In this document: in pieces, positions 9,188-19,496 of the stretch | Layout: each line of letters opens with the position of its first letter | Numbering within the stretch: position 1 is the stretch's first letter | IMG/VR virus record: IMGVR_UViG_3300037067_005124 | Location: 7,760-71,759 of that record | DNA length: 64,000 nucleotides | Source: a virus | Lineage: Duplodnaviria > Caudoviricetes | Strand: one strand, 5' to 3' | Translations under genes and position numbers: made by a program | Notes under the pieces: model-generated | Seen by the model: the letters and a program-made list of their open reading frames with translations, nothing else | What the model was told of the DNA's origin: nothing | Database searches by the model: none

Positions 9188-10882
9188 ATGGCAACAGGTT
9201 CAATAGTCGATGCATTAAAAAGTCAAGGTAAGGATTCATCATACGCAGCAAGGAAAAAAATGGCTGAAGCTGCCGGCATTAAAAATTATACAGGTACAGC
9301 AGCACAAAACACAGCACTGTTAAAAACCGTTCAACCGACCAAAACAACCGCAACACCGGCGAAAACTACCGTTGAACCGGTAAAAGCAGCAACTATTACA
9401 CCGGTAAAAAACGTACTTAATGAAGTAAGCTCAACTTCAAGCGACCCCACTATGCAGAAGTATAAAGACCAGTACAACGCAGCTAAAGCATCAGGAAACA
9501 AGCAGGGCATGATAGATGCAGCGGAAGCAGCGGATAATTACAGAACGTCACAAGGCGGCACAGCATTAAACACAAGTCAAATAAGCAGATTAAAAAGCGA
9601 GAATAATACGCTGGACGTAAATTTGGGCGATCCTAACTATGATGCTTTGGCGGGTTCATTGGAAGATATTTATAGCAAGATAGCGTCAATGAATCAAGAA
9701 CCCATGCAAACCGAAGAAGATTACATGTCCGACATAACAGCTAAAATAAACGCACTTCTCAAGGAACAGAAAACCACAGCTGCCGCAAACGCAGAAAAAG
9801 CCAGAAAAGGAATACTGACTGATGCCGACATTGCAAAACAGGAAATGGACGATGCTTATGCACAGCAATTATCCGAACTGGCTTCGCAGGCCGACCAGAT
9901 AAGAGCGGCATATGCTTCCGGCAAACGTGGAATTGAGACTACACGTGACCAGACTTTGCCTACTTACGACACCGCTATGAACCAGCAAGATATTTTAGCA
10001 CAGCGTCAATCAAAGCAGCTTGAAGGTGAATTTGCACAAAGAGGATTGCAGGCCGGTGGACAGGTAACTTCTGAACTTGGACAGTTGGGACAGGAAAATT
10101 TATCTAAAATAGGTGATATTTCAACAAGCAAACAGAATTACATTTCCGACACTGCGAACAAATTAGCAGATTTAGAACAGACGCAAACAGGCGGATTGAC
10201 TGATTTAGCAAGGGCAGAATCAACGGCAGCACAGACTTTGTCCAGCGGAAAAGTGTCAATAATCAAAAAGGTAAACGCTGCATTGTCGAATCTGAACACA
10301 GACGAACAGGCTTTACTTGACAATCTTGCAGCGCAAAGGACTCAAATGCTTATGGACGCTAGCCAGCAGTACCAAAACTTAAGCAGGGAAGAAAGAGACG
10401 CAGCTTTTGACAAATTGCTTGCACAGGCAGGAGTAGCACAGGATTCAGTAAATGTAATCCGTGGACTTATAGATGACAAGATAAAATCTGATATGTATAA
10501 GGTTGAAGCGCAAATAAAAGAACTTGAACTACAAGGACTGCCGGAAAAGCAAAAGCTTGAAATTGAAAAAATCAAGCAGGATATGAAACTTAACAATATA
10601 TCCGCATCCCAGGCATCAGCACAAATAAAGCTTCAGCAGGATAAATTCAAATTCGACAAGGAGCAGCAGCTTACACAGACGGAACGCGAACAGTACAACA
10701 ACTACATAAATATTGTAGACAGCAGTTCATTTGTGTATAAGAATTCCGATGGAGCAACACAGGTTAAAGACAAGGTTGCTCTTAAGGATTATATAGTCAA
10801 ATTATTACCAGATGATAAGAAGTATGATAATATAGTTGATTCCTTATTGTTGAGATATGGTTTGCCTATTGAAAAAGACTAA
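9188..10882 (+). CDS. Ejection/pilot-like virion protein with N-terminal DUF3597-like domain
   Basis: SIVDALKSQGKDSSYAARKKMAEAAGIKNYTGTAAQNTALL matches the DUF3597 pattern; the rest is Gln/Ala-rich coiled coil. Confidence 0.6.
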   Translation: MATGSIVDALKSQGKDSSYAARKKMAEAAGIKNYTGTAAQNTALLKTVQPTKTTATPAKTTVEPVKAATITPVKNVLNEVSSTSSDPTMQKYKDQYNAAKASGNKQGMIDAAEAADNYRTSQGGTALNTSQISRLKSENNTLDVNLGDPNYDALAGSLEDIYSKIASMNQEPMQTEEDYMSDITAKINALLKEQKTTAAANAEKARKGILTDADIAKQEMDDAYAQQLSELASQADQIRAAYASGKRGIETTRDQTLPTYDTAMNQQDILAQRQSKQLEGEFAQRGLQAGGQVTSELGQLGQENLSKIGDISTSKQNYISDTANKLADLEQTQTGGLTDLARAESTAAQTLSSGKVSIIKKVNAALSNLNTDEQALLDNLAAQRTQMLMDASQQYQNLSREERDAAFDKLLAQAGVAQDSVNVIRGLIDDKIKSDMYKVEAQIKELELQGLPEKQKLEIEKIKQDMKLNNISASQASAQIKLQQDKFKFDKEQQLTQTEREQYNNYINIVDSSSFVYKNSDGATQVKDKVALKDYIVKLLPDDKKYDNIVDSLLLRYGLPIEKD

Positions 10883-10899
10883 ATGGAGTAGGTGATAGT

Positions 10900-13800
10900 A
10901 TGGCAAGCAAGTACACAAAATACAGAGAAGAATTAAGTGGGGATGTATCCGAAAGTGCCACAAAAAAAGTGAGCAAGTATGCAAAATATAGAGAATCAGT
11001 GCAAGTTCCTGCTGAACCGGATTGGCAGACACAAAAACTGCTTATGCGCCAATACAGAACCGAAGCGGCTCCAAAGCCTGTAACTCCAAAGCCTGTAGTT
11101 CCAAATCTGCCGAATAAAGCAGAAGAATCCACGGCTTTCGAACCAATAGAACCGTCATACATTGACCCCAACAAAGACATATTTCAAAAGATACGTTATA
11201 GCATAATGAAAAAAGACGCAGAAAAGACAGCTAAAATAGCTTCCGAGATACTTACACCGGACGAATGGGACTTATACAAAAAAGGACCTTCCGGTGACAC
11301 TTCGTTAAACGACCAATACACGGAAATAAGTGCAAAACTTGACTATGCAAAGCAAAACGGCTTGACTAAGTTCTATGAAAAGTTCGGTCGAGAATACAGG
11401 GCGGGACTATTTGGGGACACAAGCAGTAGAGAAGCGGCACAGGAATTAGGCCAAGACACTACAGGAAATAAAGTAGCTGACGTTGTCGCAAACCTGGCAG
11501 GAATGGCAGCAGGATTTACAAAAGGCGGTACTGGCGGAGCGGGATTTGCCTCACCTGTCAGAAATTTAGCTGAAAGCATAGTATCAAAATTAGGCAGTAA
11601 AGCTGCTACAAAAGTTGGCAAGGTTGCTGAAAAAGTAGCTGATAAGGCTTTGATTGGTGCCGTTGAATCAGTCCCCTATTCAGCACAGCAAATAGCAGTA
11701 AACAAAGACGCACAAACTCCTATGGGCATAATATCTACCGTGGGCGGCAATGTTATTTTAGGTGCAGGTGCGGAACTGGCTATAGCAGGATTGGGTAAAG
11801 TTGGTAGGTCTATCATAGAAAAGCTTAAAGCCAAAAAGCCTTTAACAAAGGTCGAAATTCAAGCAATTGATACTTTGCCTGAAGAAGTCAAGGCTGAAGT
11901 GCGGAAACAGCTTCCTTCTGCCGAAAGGCTATTATTGCCTGAACGCGCTACAGCAAGTTTGGAGGCTCCGAGCGTTCCGTTGACGCAGTATGAAAAGAAA
12001 CTGCTGAAAACGCCTGTAACAGAAAAGCGCGTGGAATATCCGGTTGAGACTACGGTAAATAAGGTAAGGACGTTGAGAGATAAGACGCCAATTAATGCAT
12101 ATCACGGCTCTCTGAATGTCAAAGATATTAAAGATATAAAACCTTCATTGGGTGGAGAATTAGGCGAAGGTTTTTATTTCACTAAAAACAAGAAATATGC
12201 ACAAGAATATGCGAAAGAATCGTACGCACCAGTTTCGGAAAAAGCAGGTATATTAAACCTTAATACTAGCAAGCTAAAAATAAAGGAGATAAGTAAAAAA
12301 GATTATCTTGACGAAAGAAGTAAATTTTACAACAAAGAACAAGAACTAAACAATGGCGAATGGGACGCCAATGTTGCCAAAAGAGCAGAAAATAAATTGA
12401 TTAAAAAATATGAATCCGAGGGATATGATGGACTGCATGTGCAAGACGAGCAACAGGGCATTGTATTCCCCAACAGTATTAAAAAAATAAAAACTGTGCA
12501 ACCCCGCCAATTTGAACGCCTTACCGAAACCCAAAAAGCCACAGCAACAAAGACTCTCCTTGACGAAAAAGCCCTTGCAAAACGTGCCGCACTTTCCGAA
12601 AAACAGCGTCAGCAAGTGGCAAGCATGACAGGCTCTACCGTACTACCTGAACAGCCTAAAAAACTGCAGGTGCCCGAACAATATAAGCGTGAAATGCCAA
12701 CAAGGGTAACAAGCGCAGAAATTGAACAGACAAACAAAGGCATAGCACCACAGCAGATAAGGAAACTGCGTACAAAGGCCGTAGAGGCACCAAAGGCAGT
12801 TGAAGGTATCAAAACACCTACAACTAAATTGCGGTCTGAAAAACCTGATTACGACTCAGAAAAAGCAGTGAGTAAGGTTTATTCTAACACCTTAAAGAAA
12901 ACTCCGATGTTAACTGATGCTGAAAAGAAAATGCTTAATGCTAAAGATTACACCTACGATGTCAAAAGCGAAAAGGCAAGCATGGCAGAAGCACAAGAAA
13001 GACTAGCAAAAGACTTTGAAGGCGAAGTTAAAAGTTTATCAGAAAAGGAATCGTTCACCGGTGCGGACATTGATACCATGTTTGGAATCGTTGAAAAGAA
13101 TCTTGATGAAGCCAGAAAAACAGGTGACTATTCGGATGCTCTCAGTATGTTGAAAAATGTTCGTAAAGGTGGAACCGAAAGCGGCAGGGGCGTACAGGCA
13201 TTCGCAAAATATTCCAGAACCACAGAAGGAAAACTTGCGGCAGCACAAGGCGTAATAGATGCAGCTGAAAACGAGATAAAGAAGACCAATCCGAATTTAA
13301 TGAAAAAGATTGATGATGAAGTTTCCGAACTTTCAAAGAAAACAGAAAAGACACCAAAAGTCACTAAAAAAGATGAAATCCGTAGTTGGCTTGATTCAAA
13401 AGAAGCAGAAGCAACACAAAGAGTAAAGGATTATTTCAAGCCTGACACAAGCGGAATAGTAAAAATGCGCGCAGGACTCCCAGGCGAAGTTCTGACCGAT
13501 CTTGCAATTGTCGGAGCTACGAAGCTGGCAAAGGTTTCGCTAAATTTTGCCGACTGGTCCGTAGCCATGATAAAGGAATTCGGTGACAAAATCAAACCTT
13601 ATCTAAGAGAGATATACGCTCATTCCAACAAGGTGTTAAAAGGCGGCAGTAAGAATCTACCAAAGCCAAGAACCATAAAAGATATAACCAAAAACACTTC
13701 AGAAGAAGATATAAGAAATCTTGTTAAAAAGAAATACGGCGTTCCGGTTTTGGAGGAGAATGATGTTAAATTTATCGTAGAGAAAATTGACGAAGCCAAA

Positions 13801-15651
13801 AAGCTGCCTGAAGGGAGCTATAAACAAAGAATGTTAGAAGGTAAGGTTGCACAAATGATAGCCAATAAAATACCTTCCGACATGATAGAAAAAGTCAAAG
13901 CTGTTCAAAGAATGTTCATGCTCATTAATCCCAAGACCGCACTTGTCAGGAACCCACTAGGAAACGCTTTGCTGGGTGCTGCCGAAACCGTGAAGAATGT
14001 TCCCGCTGCCGGTATAGACACAATCATATCTGCGATAAGAAAAAGCGAGCGCACAACTAAACTTGCGCCAATTGTCAAAGGAAAGGCTACACTGCGTGGG
14101 GCTGGAAAAGGCCTTAAGGAATGGGCGCTTGATATCATAAACAGAGTTGACACCAACCCAACGGGTGCGGGTGTGGAAATGCCGAAAAATAAAATATTCA
14201 GTGAGAATCACAAGATATCCAATCCGGCAGTAAAAGCCGTTGCAGACATGGGCGGAAAAGCTGCCAACCTAACTCATTCAGTAGTCGGGAAAATGTTGTC
14301 TTTGGGTGATAGACCGTTTTACGAAGGCGCATATGCTTCAAGAATTGCCGAACTTAAAAAGATTAAAAAAACCAACATTGTCACTGATGAAATGGAACAA
14401 ATGGCAAGAGAACATGCACTGGAAAGAACCTTACAGAATGACAGTTGGATAGCCAAAAAAATATCCAAGATGGGAACCAATAAGGATGATCCGTTTTTAT
14501 GGAAGTTACTCGTTAACCTTGTTGTACCGTTTAAGAAAACGCCCGGGAACATACTTGATAAATTTATTGACTATTCACCAGGTGGAGCATTTAAAGCAGT
14601 CGGGCACGGTTTGAAAACAGCAGGCAAGGGAACGTTTAATCAGAAATTTTTTGTTGATACACTGGCAAGAAGTTTAACTGGTACCGGACTTGCGGTAACT
14701 GGGTATCTTATGGCTAAAAAAGGATGGGTGACAGGTTCAAGAGATCCAAGCAACAAGATTGAAAACTTTGAAACTGCTCTTGGAAAACAAAACTATGCTT
14801 TTAAAATCGGCGACACTTACCAGACATTTGACTGGGCACTTCCAGCCTCTGCACCTATTGCAATGGGTGCCGACTTTTATTATGCTGAAAGCAGGACAAA
14901 AGAAGGCCAAAATGCATTCCTGAAAGGTACGGAAAGCTCAATTAATCTATTGTTTAAATCCACAATGTTGCAAGGGTTATCAAGGTTAACTGCCGGATAT
15001 AGTCCGGCTGCAAGCATAGGCAGCACATTACTGGGAAGCACTACACAATTTACACCAACAGCAGGAAAACAAATCGCACAGTTAAAAGACCCATACCAAA
15101 GAGAAACCTATGATCCTGATTGGGTTATACAGACGCTTAATAAATCCAAGGTTAGAATACCAGACTTAAGCGAAAAACTTCCTGCAAAAGTAGATGTGTT
15201 TGGAAATGACGTAAAAGCATTCCAAGGCAAAAACAACGTGTGGAATGTTTTGTTTAATCCTGGATTTTCTACTGAATTTAAGCCTAACGAAATTCAAAAA
15301 GAAATAATACGGTTGTACAATGACACAGGTAAAACCGAACATATTCCGATTGCAGTAGAAAAATATATAGACGGAACCAAGGAACATCCTAAAATAGCCC
15401 TTTCAGCACAAGAGTACGTTGACTATCAGAAAAAAATAGCCAGGTACACATTTGATGGTTGGGCAACAAAAGGAAAACTGAAAAGTTCAACAGGTTTCAA
15501 TGGCATAATGCGTACAGAAAACTATAAAAACGCCAAGGATGATAAAAGTGGTACAGCAGATGAAAAACGAGTAAAAATGATGGAGTCTATTGTAAAAAAC
15601 GCCAAAGCACAAGCAAAGGCAGAAATACTTGAAAAAAGAGGATACAAATAA
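10900..15651 (+). CDS. Large ejection / polyvalent protein with an ADP-ribosyltransferase-like domain
   Basis: 1583 aa; YHGS...GEGFYFT...YAQEYA...GYDG...E..IVF segment; C-terminal GDTYQTFDWALP..PIAMGAD region resembles large polyvalent-protein domains. Confidence 0.7.
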   Translation: MASKYTKYREELSGDVSESATKKVSKYAKYRESVQVPAEPDWQTQKLLMRQYRTEAAPKPVTPKPVVPNLPNKAEESTAFEPIEPSYIDPNKDIFQKIRYSIMKKDAEKTAKIASEILTPDEWDLYKKGPSGDTSLNDQYTEISAKLDYAKQNGLTKFYEKFGREYRAGLFGDTSSREAAQELGQDTTGNKVADVVANLAGMAAGFTKGGTGGAGFASPVRNLAESIVSKLGSKAATKVGKVAEKVADKALIGAVESVPYSAQQIAVNKDAQTPMGIISTVGGNVILGAGAELAIAGLGKVGRSIIEKLKAKKPLTKVEIQAIDTLPEEVKAEVRKQLPSAERLLLPERATASLEAPSVPLTQYEKKLLKTPVTEKRVEYPVETTVNKVRTLRDKTPINAYHGSLNVKDIKDIKPSLGGELGEGFYFTKNKKYAQEYAKESYAPVSEKAGILNLNTSKLKIKEISKKDYLDERSKFYNKEQELNNGEWDANVAKRAENKLIKKYESEGYDGLHVQDEQQGIVFPNSIKKIKTVQPRQFERLTETQKATATKTLLDEKALAKRAALSEKQRQQVASMTGSTVLPEQPKKLQVPEQYKREMPTRVTSAEIEQTNKGIAPQQIRKLRTKAVEAPKAVEGIKTPTTKLRSEKPDYDSEKAVSKVYSNTLKKTPMLTDAEKKMLNAKDYTYDVKSEKASMAEAQERLAKDFEGEVKSLSEKESFTGADIDTMFGIVEKNLDEARKTGDYSDALSMLKNVRKGGTESGRGVQAFAKYSRTTEGKLAAAQGVIDAAENEIKKTNPNLMKKIDDEVSELSKKTEKTPKVTKKDEIRSWLDSKEAEATQRVKDYFKPDTSGIVKMRAGLPGEVLTDLAIVGATKLAKVSLNFADWSVAMIKEFGDKIKPYLREIYAHSNKVLKGGSKNLPKPRTIKDITKNTSEEDIRNLVKKKYGVPVLEENDVKFIVEKIDEAKKLPEGSYKQRMLEGKVAQMIANKIPSDMIEKVKAVQRMFMLINPKTALVRNPLGNALLGAAETVKNVPAAGIDTIISAIRKSERTTKLAPIVKGKATLRGAGKGLKEWALDIINRVDTNPTGAGVEMPKNKIFSENHKISNPAVKAVADMGGKAANLTHSVVGKMLSLGDRPFYEGAYASRIAELKKIKKTNIVTDEMEQMAREHALERTLQNDSWIAKKISKMGTNKDDPFLWKLLVNLVVPFKKTPGNILDKFIDYSPGGAFKAVGHGLKTAGKGTFNQKFFVDTLARSLTGTGLAVTGYLMAKKGWVTGSRDPSNKIENFETALGKQNYAFKIGDTYQTFDWALPASAPIAMGADFYYAESRTKEGQNAFLKGTESSINLLFKSTMLQGLSRLTAGYSPAASIGSTLLGSTTQFTPTAGKQIAQLKDPYQRETYDPDWVIQTLNKSKVRIPDLSEKLPAKVDVFGNDVKAFQGKNNVWNVLFNPGFSTEFKPNEIQKEIIRLYNDTGKTEHIPIAVEKYIDGTKEHPKIALSAQEYVDYQKKIARYTFDGWATKGKLKSSTGFNGIMRTENYKNAKDDKSGTADEKRVKMMESIVKNAKAQAKAEILEKRGYK

Positions 15652-15670
15652 ACTTAAGGAGTGATTAAAA

Positions 15671-15799
15671 ATGGTTAAAAAGACTATGCAAAAGCCAATG
15701 AAAAAATCCGGAATACCGAAACTGGCCGAAAATATCCGTAGTGCGGCAACGATGAAAAAGACTAAAAAGACAATGCCCATGATGAAAACAATGAGGTAG
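15671..15799 (+). CDS. Small Lys/Met-rich basic peptide (42 aa)
   Basis: RBS AAGGAG; MVKKTMQKPMKKSGIPKLAENIRSAATMKKTKKTMPMMKTMR. Confidence 0.5.
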   Translation: MVKKTMQKPMKKSGIPKLAENIRSAATMKKTKKTMPMMKTMR

Positions 15800-15839
15800 G
15801 ACGCTCTTAAGAACGTCCTTTCTTTATGAAAGGAAACGT

Positions 15840-16550
15840 ATGGAAATAATTTCGGAAATCGGACTCGCCCATAACGGTTCACTTGAATGTGCACTGGAAA
15901 TGATAAGAATATCAAAAGAATGCGGTGCAAATGTAGCAAAATTCCAGTTTTATTATCCTGACATTCTCTGCGCAAACCGTAATTGCTTTGATAGTTATAA
16001 ACTGCTGGACAAAATAAAAATGCGACCAAATTGGATTCCTTTTTTGGCGGCTGAGTGTAAAAGGTGGGGAATAGAATTTCTTTGCACGGCATTTGACCGC
16101 TTCAGCGCTGAAGCAATCGAACCGTACATTAAGCGCTTTAAGGTAGCAAGCCCTGAAGTAGCCGACCTCAACTACCTGAAATTCCTTGCAGTATTTGAAA
16201 AGCCTTTGATACTTTCGACAGGAAAGGCTACAGACGAACAGCTTGACAGGATATTTGACGAAATCAAGGTGCCAATATCTTTGTTTTACTGTAAAAGCCT
16301 ATACCCTGCTTTGCCGTCTGATTACAACTTAAAGGAAATAGACAGGCTTAAAAAGAAATATCGTGTTCCAACTGGCATTTCAGACCATACAGCGGGAATT
16401 ATGACCAGCATAGAAGCAGTTGAAAAGCATAAAGCCGACATTGTTGAGCGTCACATAATGATTGACAAAAATTGCGTAGATGCCGCAGTTAGTTTAATGC
16501 CTGCAGACTTTTTAAAATTGACACAAATAATAAGGAGGAATCATGGATAG
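15840..16550 (+). CDS. neuB: NeuB-family nonulosonate synthase (TIM barrel only, no SAF domain)
   Basis: IISEIGLAHNGS, AKFQ, FLCTAFD, KVASPE, PLILSTG, CKSLYPA, GISDHT, IVERH motifs. Confidence 0.92.
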   Translation: MEIISEIGLAHNGSLECALEMIRISKECGANVAKFQFYYPDILCANRNCFDSYKLLDKIKMRPNWIPFLAAECKRWGIEFLCTAFDRFSAEAIEPYIKRFKVASPEVADLNYLKFLAVFEKPLILSTGKATDEQLDRIFDEIKVPISLFYCKSLYPALPSDYNLKEIDRLKKKYRVPTGISDHTAGIMTSIEAVEKHKADIVERHIMIDKNCVDAAVSLMPADFLKLTQIIRRNHG

Positions 16551-16692
16551 TGTAATCTTTCAGCTAATTACCTTTAACCCCGTCGAAATCAACGGAATCA
16601 AGACTTTTGATAACATGTTTATAATCCTTGACAGCGAGGACAAAATCGGGGCAGGCATGATATTTCCACAGGTTCAGGAGGTAAGCCAATGA
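16543..16692 (+). CDS. Small hypothetical protein (49 aa) coupled between neuB and maf
   Basis: RBS AAGGAGG; overlaps the neuB stop and the maf start. Confidence 0.5.
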   Translation: MDSVIFQLITFNPVEINGIKTFDNMFIILDSEDKIGAGMIFPQVQEVSQ

Positions 16693-18341
16693 TCGAACGC
16701 AACCATAAATTGTTAAGTGAATTTCAGCCGGACATATACAAAAAGCTTCAATCTCCCGAAACAGAATTGAAATTTAAAGAGGAAATCTTATTCGGCACAA
16801 ATGAAAACCAGATTGTTGATAACGTTATAATCAAACTTGATGACAAAATGATGGCTGTTGGCGTGTCGGACAACGCCTTTATTGAAACATGGCTTGCAAA
16901 CGTCAATTGCGACAGGCATACAATAATCGTATTCGGTTTAGGCATGGGGTATCATATCGAAGCCTTGATGAACAAATATCCTGACAAAAAGATAATCGTA
17001 ATAGAACCGGATAAAAGAGTTTTGTACCATGCCTTGCAACTGAAGGATTTTGAAACAGTCATAAAAGGTTGTGAAATCTGGCTTGACGAATCTGTTCTTC
17101 AGACTAAATCCAAAATGCACGAAATGATAACGCATCCTTTGGCAAGGGGTATAATGTTCATACCGTTTTATGCCGGCGTATATCAAGATTATTTTAACGA
17201 ACTGATCGAGGGCTTGAAAAAGATAATGAACGACTGGGCGGTAATGATAAATACCAAGCGGTGCCTTGTTGACAAGTGGTATACGAACAGAATAAAAAAC
17301 GACGAGGTGCAATCAGTTAATTTTTCTAATTTCGTGGATAAATTCAAAGGGATTCCGGCTATACTTGTAGGCGGCGGTGCAAGTTTGATTGAACACATAC
17401 CTTTATTAAAGCAACTGGAAAACAAGGCCATTATCTTTGCGGCAGGGACAACGATTGAGATACTTTTAAATCACGGGATTACTCCTACGTTCATGGCGGC
17501 AATAGATCAGGATCCTATATCGGAAGGCGGGCTTCACGAAAACCTCGAAGCGGATGTTCCATTGATTTTTGACGGACAGGTGGCGCAAAATTCATTGTAT
17601 TATAAGGGCAAAAAGATACAGATGCAACTTAATGTCAACCGATATACGGGAATGGTTATCCCAAATCTGCCTATCATCGAATCAGCGCCATCAATTGGCA
17701 ACGTCGGGCTTGACATACTTTATAAAATGGGGTGTTCGCCTATACTTATGGTAGGCATGGACTTTTCCTATGGATACGGAAAACTTTATTGTGACGGTAC
17801 GCGCTTTCAAGAGGAACGAAAAGATACGGGAATTACAACTATAAATAATTTTGGTGAGACTGTGGCGACTGAACCGTCGTTTTTAAGTATGGTGAATTGG
17901 TTTGAAGAATACGTTCCAAGAATAAAGCCCAATGTAGTGAATTGTACACATAAAGGTGTTGTGTTTAAAAGCATACCCTGGCAACCAATAAACGACTTTA
18001 CTTTCGATAAGGAATATGACTTTAAAGCCATGATAGATGACTGCTACAAAAAGTATATTGATGTATGCCAGGTAAAACAGGCAAAAGCAGGTTTAAAACT
18101 AGAGATTGCAGAAATAAAAGACTTTGTTGAAAAAAATAAATCGATTAATCCGGCTTTTCAAAAAATGAAATCATGGATATTAATAGACGAATATGTTCAA
18201 TCTTTGATTTATATTGAAGAAATCAAATCTGAAACAAGGATTAAAAACGGAATGGAAATAAAGGAATCAGTCAAGATTTTTCAAGATAAGCGAATCGAAT
18301 TAATTCTCAATGCTGTAAACAGGCTTTTAGATATTTTATAA
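16689..18341 (+). CDS. maf: Maf (motility-associated factor, DUF115) protein glycosyltransferase
   Basis: IIVFGLGMGYHI..L, IVIEPD N-terminal part; AILVGGGASL, GITPTFMAAIDQ and ILMVGMDFSY core motifs. Confidence 0.85.
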   Translation: MIERNHKLLSEFQPDIYKKLQSPETELKFKEEILFGTNENQIVDNVIIKLDDKMMAVGVSDNAFIETWLANVNCDRHTIIVFGLGMGYHIEALMNKYPDKKIIVIEPDKRVLYHALQLKDFETVIKGCEIWLDESVLQTKSKMHEMITHPLARGIMFIPFYAGVYQDYFNELIEGLKKIMNDWAVMINTKRCLVDKWYTNRIKNDEVQSVNFSNFVDKFKGIPAILVGGGASLIEHIPLLKQLENKAIIFAAGTTIEILLNHGITPTFMAAIDQDPISEGGLHENLEADVPLIFDGQVAQNSLYYKGKKIQMQLNVNRYTGMVIPNLPIIESAPSIGNVGLDILYKMGCSPILMVGMDFSYGYGKLYCDGTRFQEERKDTGITTINNFGETVATEPSFLSMVNWFEEYVPRIKPNVVNCTHKGVVFKSIPWQPINDFTFDKEYDFKAMIDDCYKKYIDVCQVKQAKAGLKLEIAEIKDFVEKNKSINPAFQKMKSWILIDEYVQSLIYIEEIKSETRIKNGMEIKESVKIFQDKRIELILNAVNRLLDIL

Positions 18342-18456
18342 GCATTCAGGGGCGGCCAAGTGGCCAAACGCAACCGCCCCTGTCCCTTCCTCTTGAATAC
18401 GGGAGTAAACAAGGGAAGGTCTTTCTATTCTACATCAAAAATACGGGAGGTGCAAC

Positions 18457-18723
18457 ATGGAAACAGTATCAATCATCAGTGGTATACTCGGAATTTTCAT
18501 AGCAGCAGGCGGCTTCACGCTTGCAACGGTAAAAATGTTCAATAAAATTGCCAAACGTTTTGAGCAAGTGGAGGAATCTGCCAAGTACCGGAAAGAGGAA
18601 AGTATTATTCTTATAAAAGCAACTTTGGCAATATGTGAAGGATTAATTCAGCTAAAATGTAACGGACCGGTGACAACATGCCGGGACGCACTACAGGAAT
18701 ATTTAATCAAGAGGGGGGAGTAA
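18457..18723 (+). CDS. Holin-like membrane protein
   Basis: One N-terminal TM segment, directly upstream of the amidase. Confidence 0.55.
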   Translation: METVSIISGILGIFIAAGGFTLATVKMFNKIAKRFEQVEESAKYRKEESIILIKATLAICEGLIQLKCNGPVTTCRDALQEYLIKRGE

Positions 18724-18724
18724 A

Positions 18725-19276
18725 TTGACGAATTTAGTTATCGCCTACAGTCAGCAGAAAAACAACAAATGCAAAGAGGGTGACACAGAGCAAGATCACA
18801 TGCACTATATCGCAGACGCTTTATTTGACATTCTGAGCAAAGATAAGAGACTGAATACATATTTTATCCCGCTGCAAAACACAGGAGCAGATTTAGGCAA
18901 TTTGCGCCAATCAATACGGCTGTCGAATGCGTTTATCAAGGCGAATGGCGGGAAGGGTTATCATATCGAATTACATTCGGATGCAGGCGGGTATGCAAAA
19001 GGCTGTAGTGCTTTGTACAAATCCGAAAAAGGAAAGGTGCTGGCTACCTACCTTTACAACGAACTTGCAGACCTCACGCCTACAACCGATGCAGGCATAC
19101 GGAAACGTGACAACCTGGGGGCATTGAATCAGACTATCGCAGTGGCGACAATCCTTGAAGTGTCTTTCCACGATAACGCTTCGGAGGCTGAATGGATACA
19201 CGATGAATCTATTTCAATAGCTGTGAGGCTGGCGAATGGGATCTATAAATTTTTGAAAGGAGAAAAGTTGATATGA
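18725..19276 (+). CDS. Endolysin, N-acetylmuramoyl-L-alanine amidase (Amidase_3-like)
   Basis: IELHSDAGG...GCSALY; ATILEVSFHDN..EAEW motifs. Confidence 0.85.
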   Translation: MTNLVIAYSQQKNNKCKEGDTEQDHMHYIADALFDILSKDKRLNTYFIPLQNTGADLGNLRQSIRLSNAFIKANGGKGYHIELHSDAGGYAKGCSALYKSEKGKVLATYLYNELADLTPTTDAGIRKRDNLGALNQTIAVATILEVSFHDNASEAEWIHDESISIAVRLANGIYKFLKGEKLI

Positions 19277-19443
19277 AAGAGAATTTTGCAAAACTTATTA
19301 ACGTAAAAACAATAATTACCTTTGGTATAGTAGGCACAGTAATTTACTTAGCCTGCAAAGGTACTATTGAAGCAAAAGATGTTATGTTATTGGCTGGTAT
19401 GATCATAACGTATTTTTTCAACAAGGACAAGAGGCCTGAATAA
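19273..19443 (+). CDS. Small holin (two TM segments)
   Basis: MKENFAKLINVKTIITFGIVGTVILLA...MLLAGMIITYFFNK; overlaps the amidase stop. Confidence 0.65.
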   Translation: MKENFAKLINVKTIITFGIVGTVIYLACKGTIEAKDVMLLAGMIITYFFNKDKRPE

Positions 19444-19470
19444 CTCTTTTCTATTCCCGGATAAGAGAAA

Positions 19471-19496
19471 AGCCCCTTAGTTGATTCTAGGGGGCT
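19471..19496. terminator. Terminator between convergent lysis genes and leftward genes
   Basis: AGCCCCTTAG-TTGATT-CTAGGGGGCT hairpin. Confidence 0.65.

Noticed and set aside
10900-15651. Tape measure protein
   Set aside because: No tail tube, chaperone or baseplate genes; nozzle and P22-like portal indicate a short tail with ejection proteins
15487-16092. 201-aa minus-strand ORF and many similar shadow ORFs
   Set aside because: Antisense to well-supported genes, with no RBS or recognisable motifs
16689-18341. MptE folate-pathway kinase (shares DUF115)
   Set aside because: Length, N-terminal extension and coupling to neuB fit Maf glycosyltransferases
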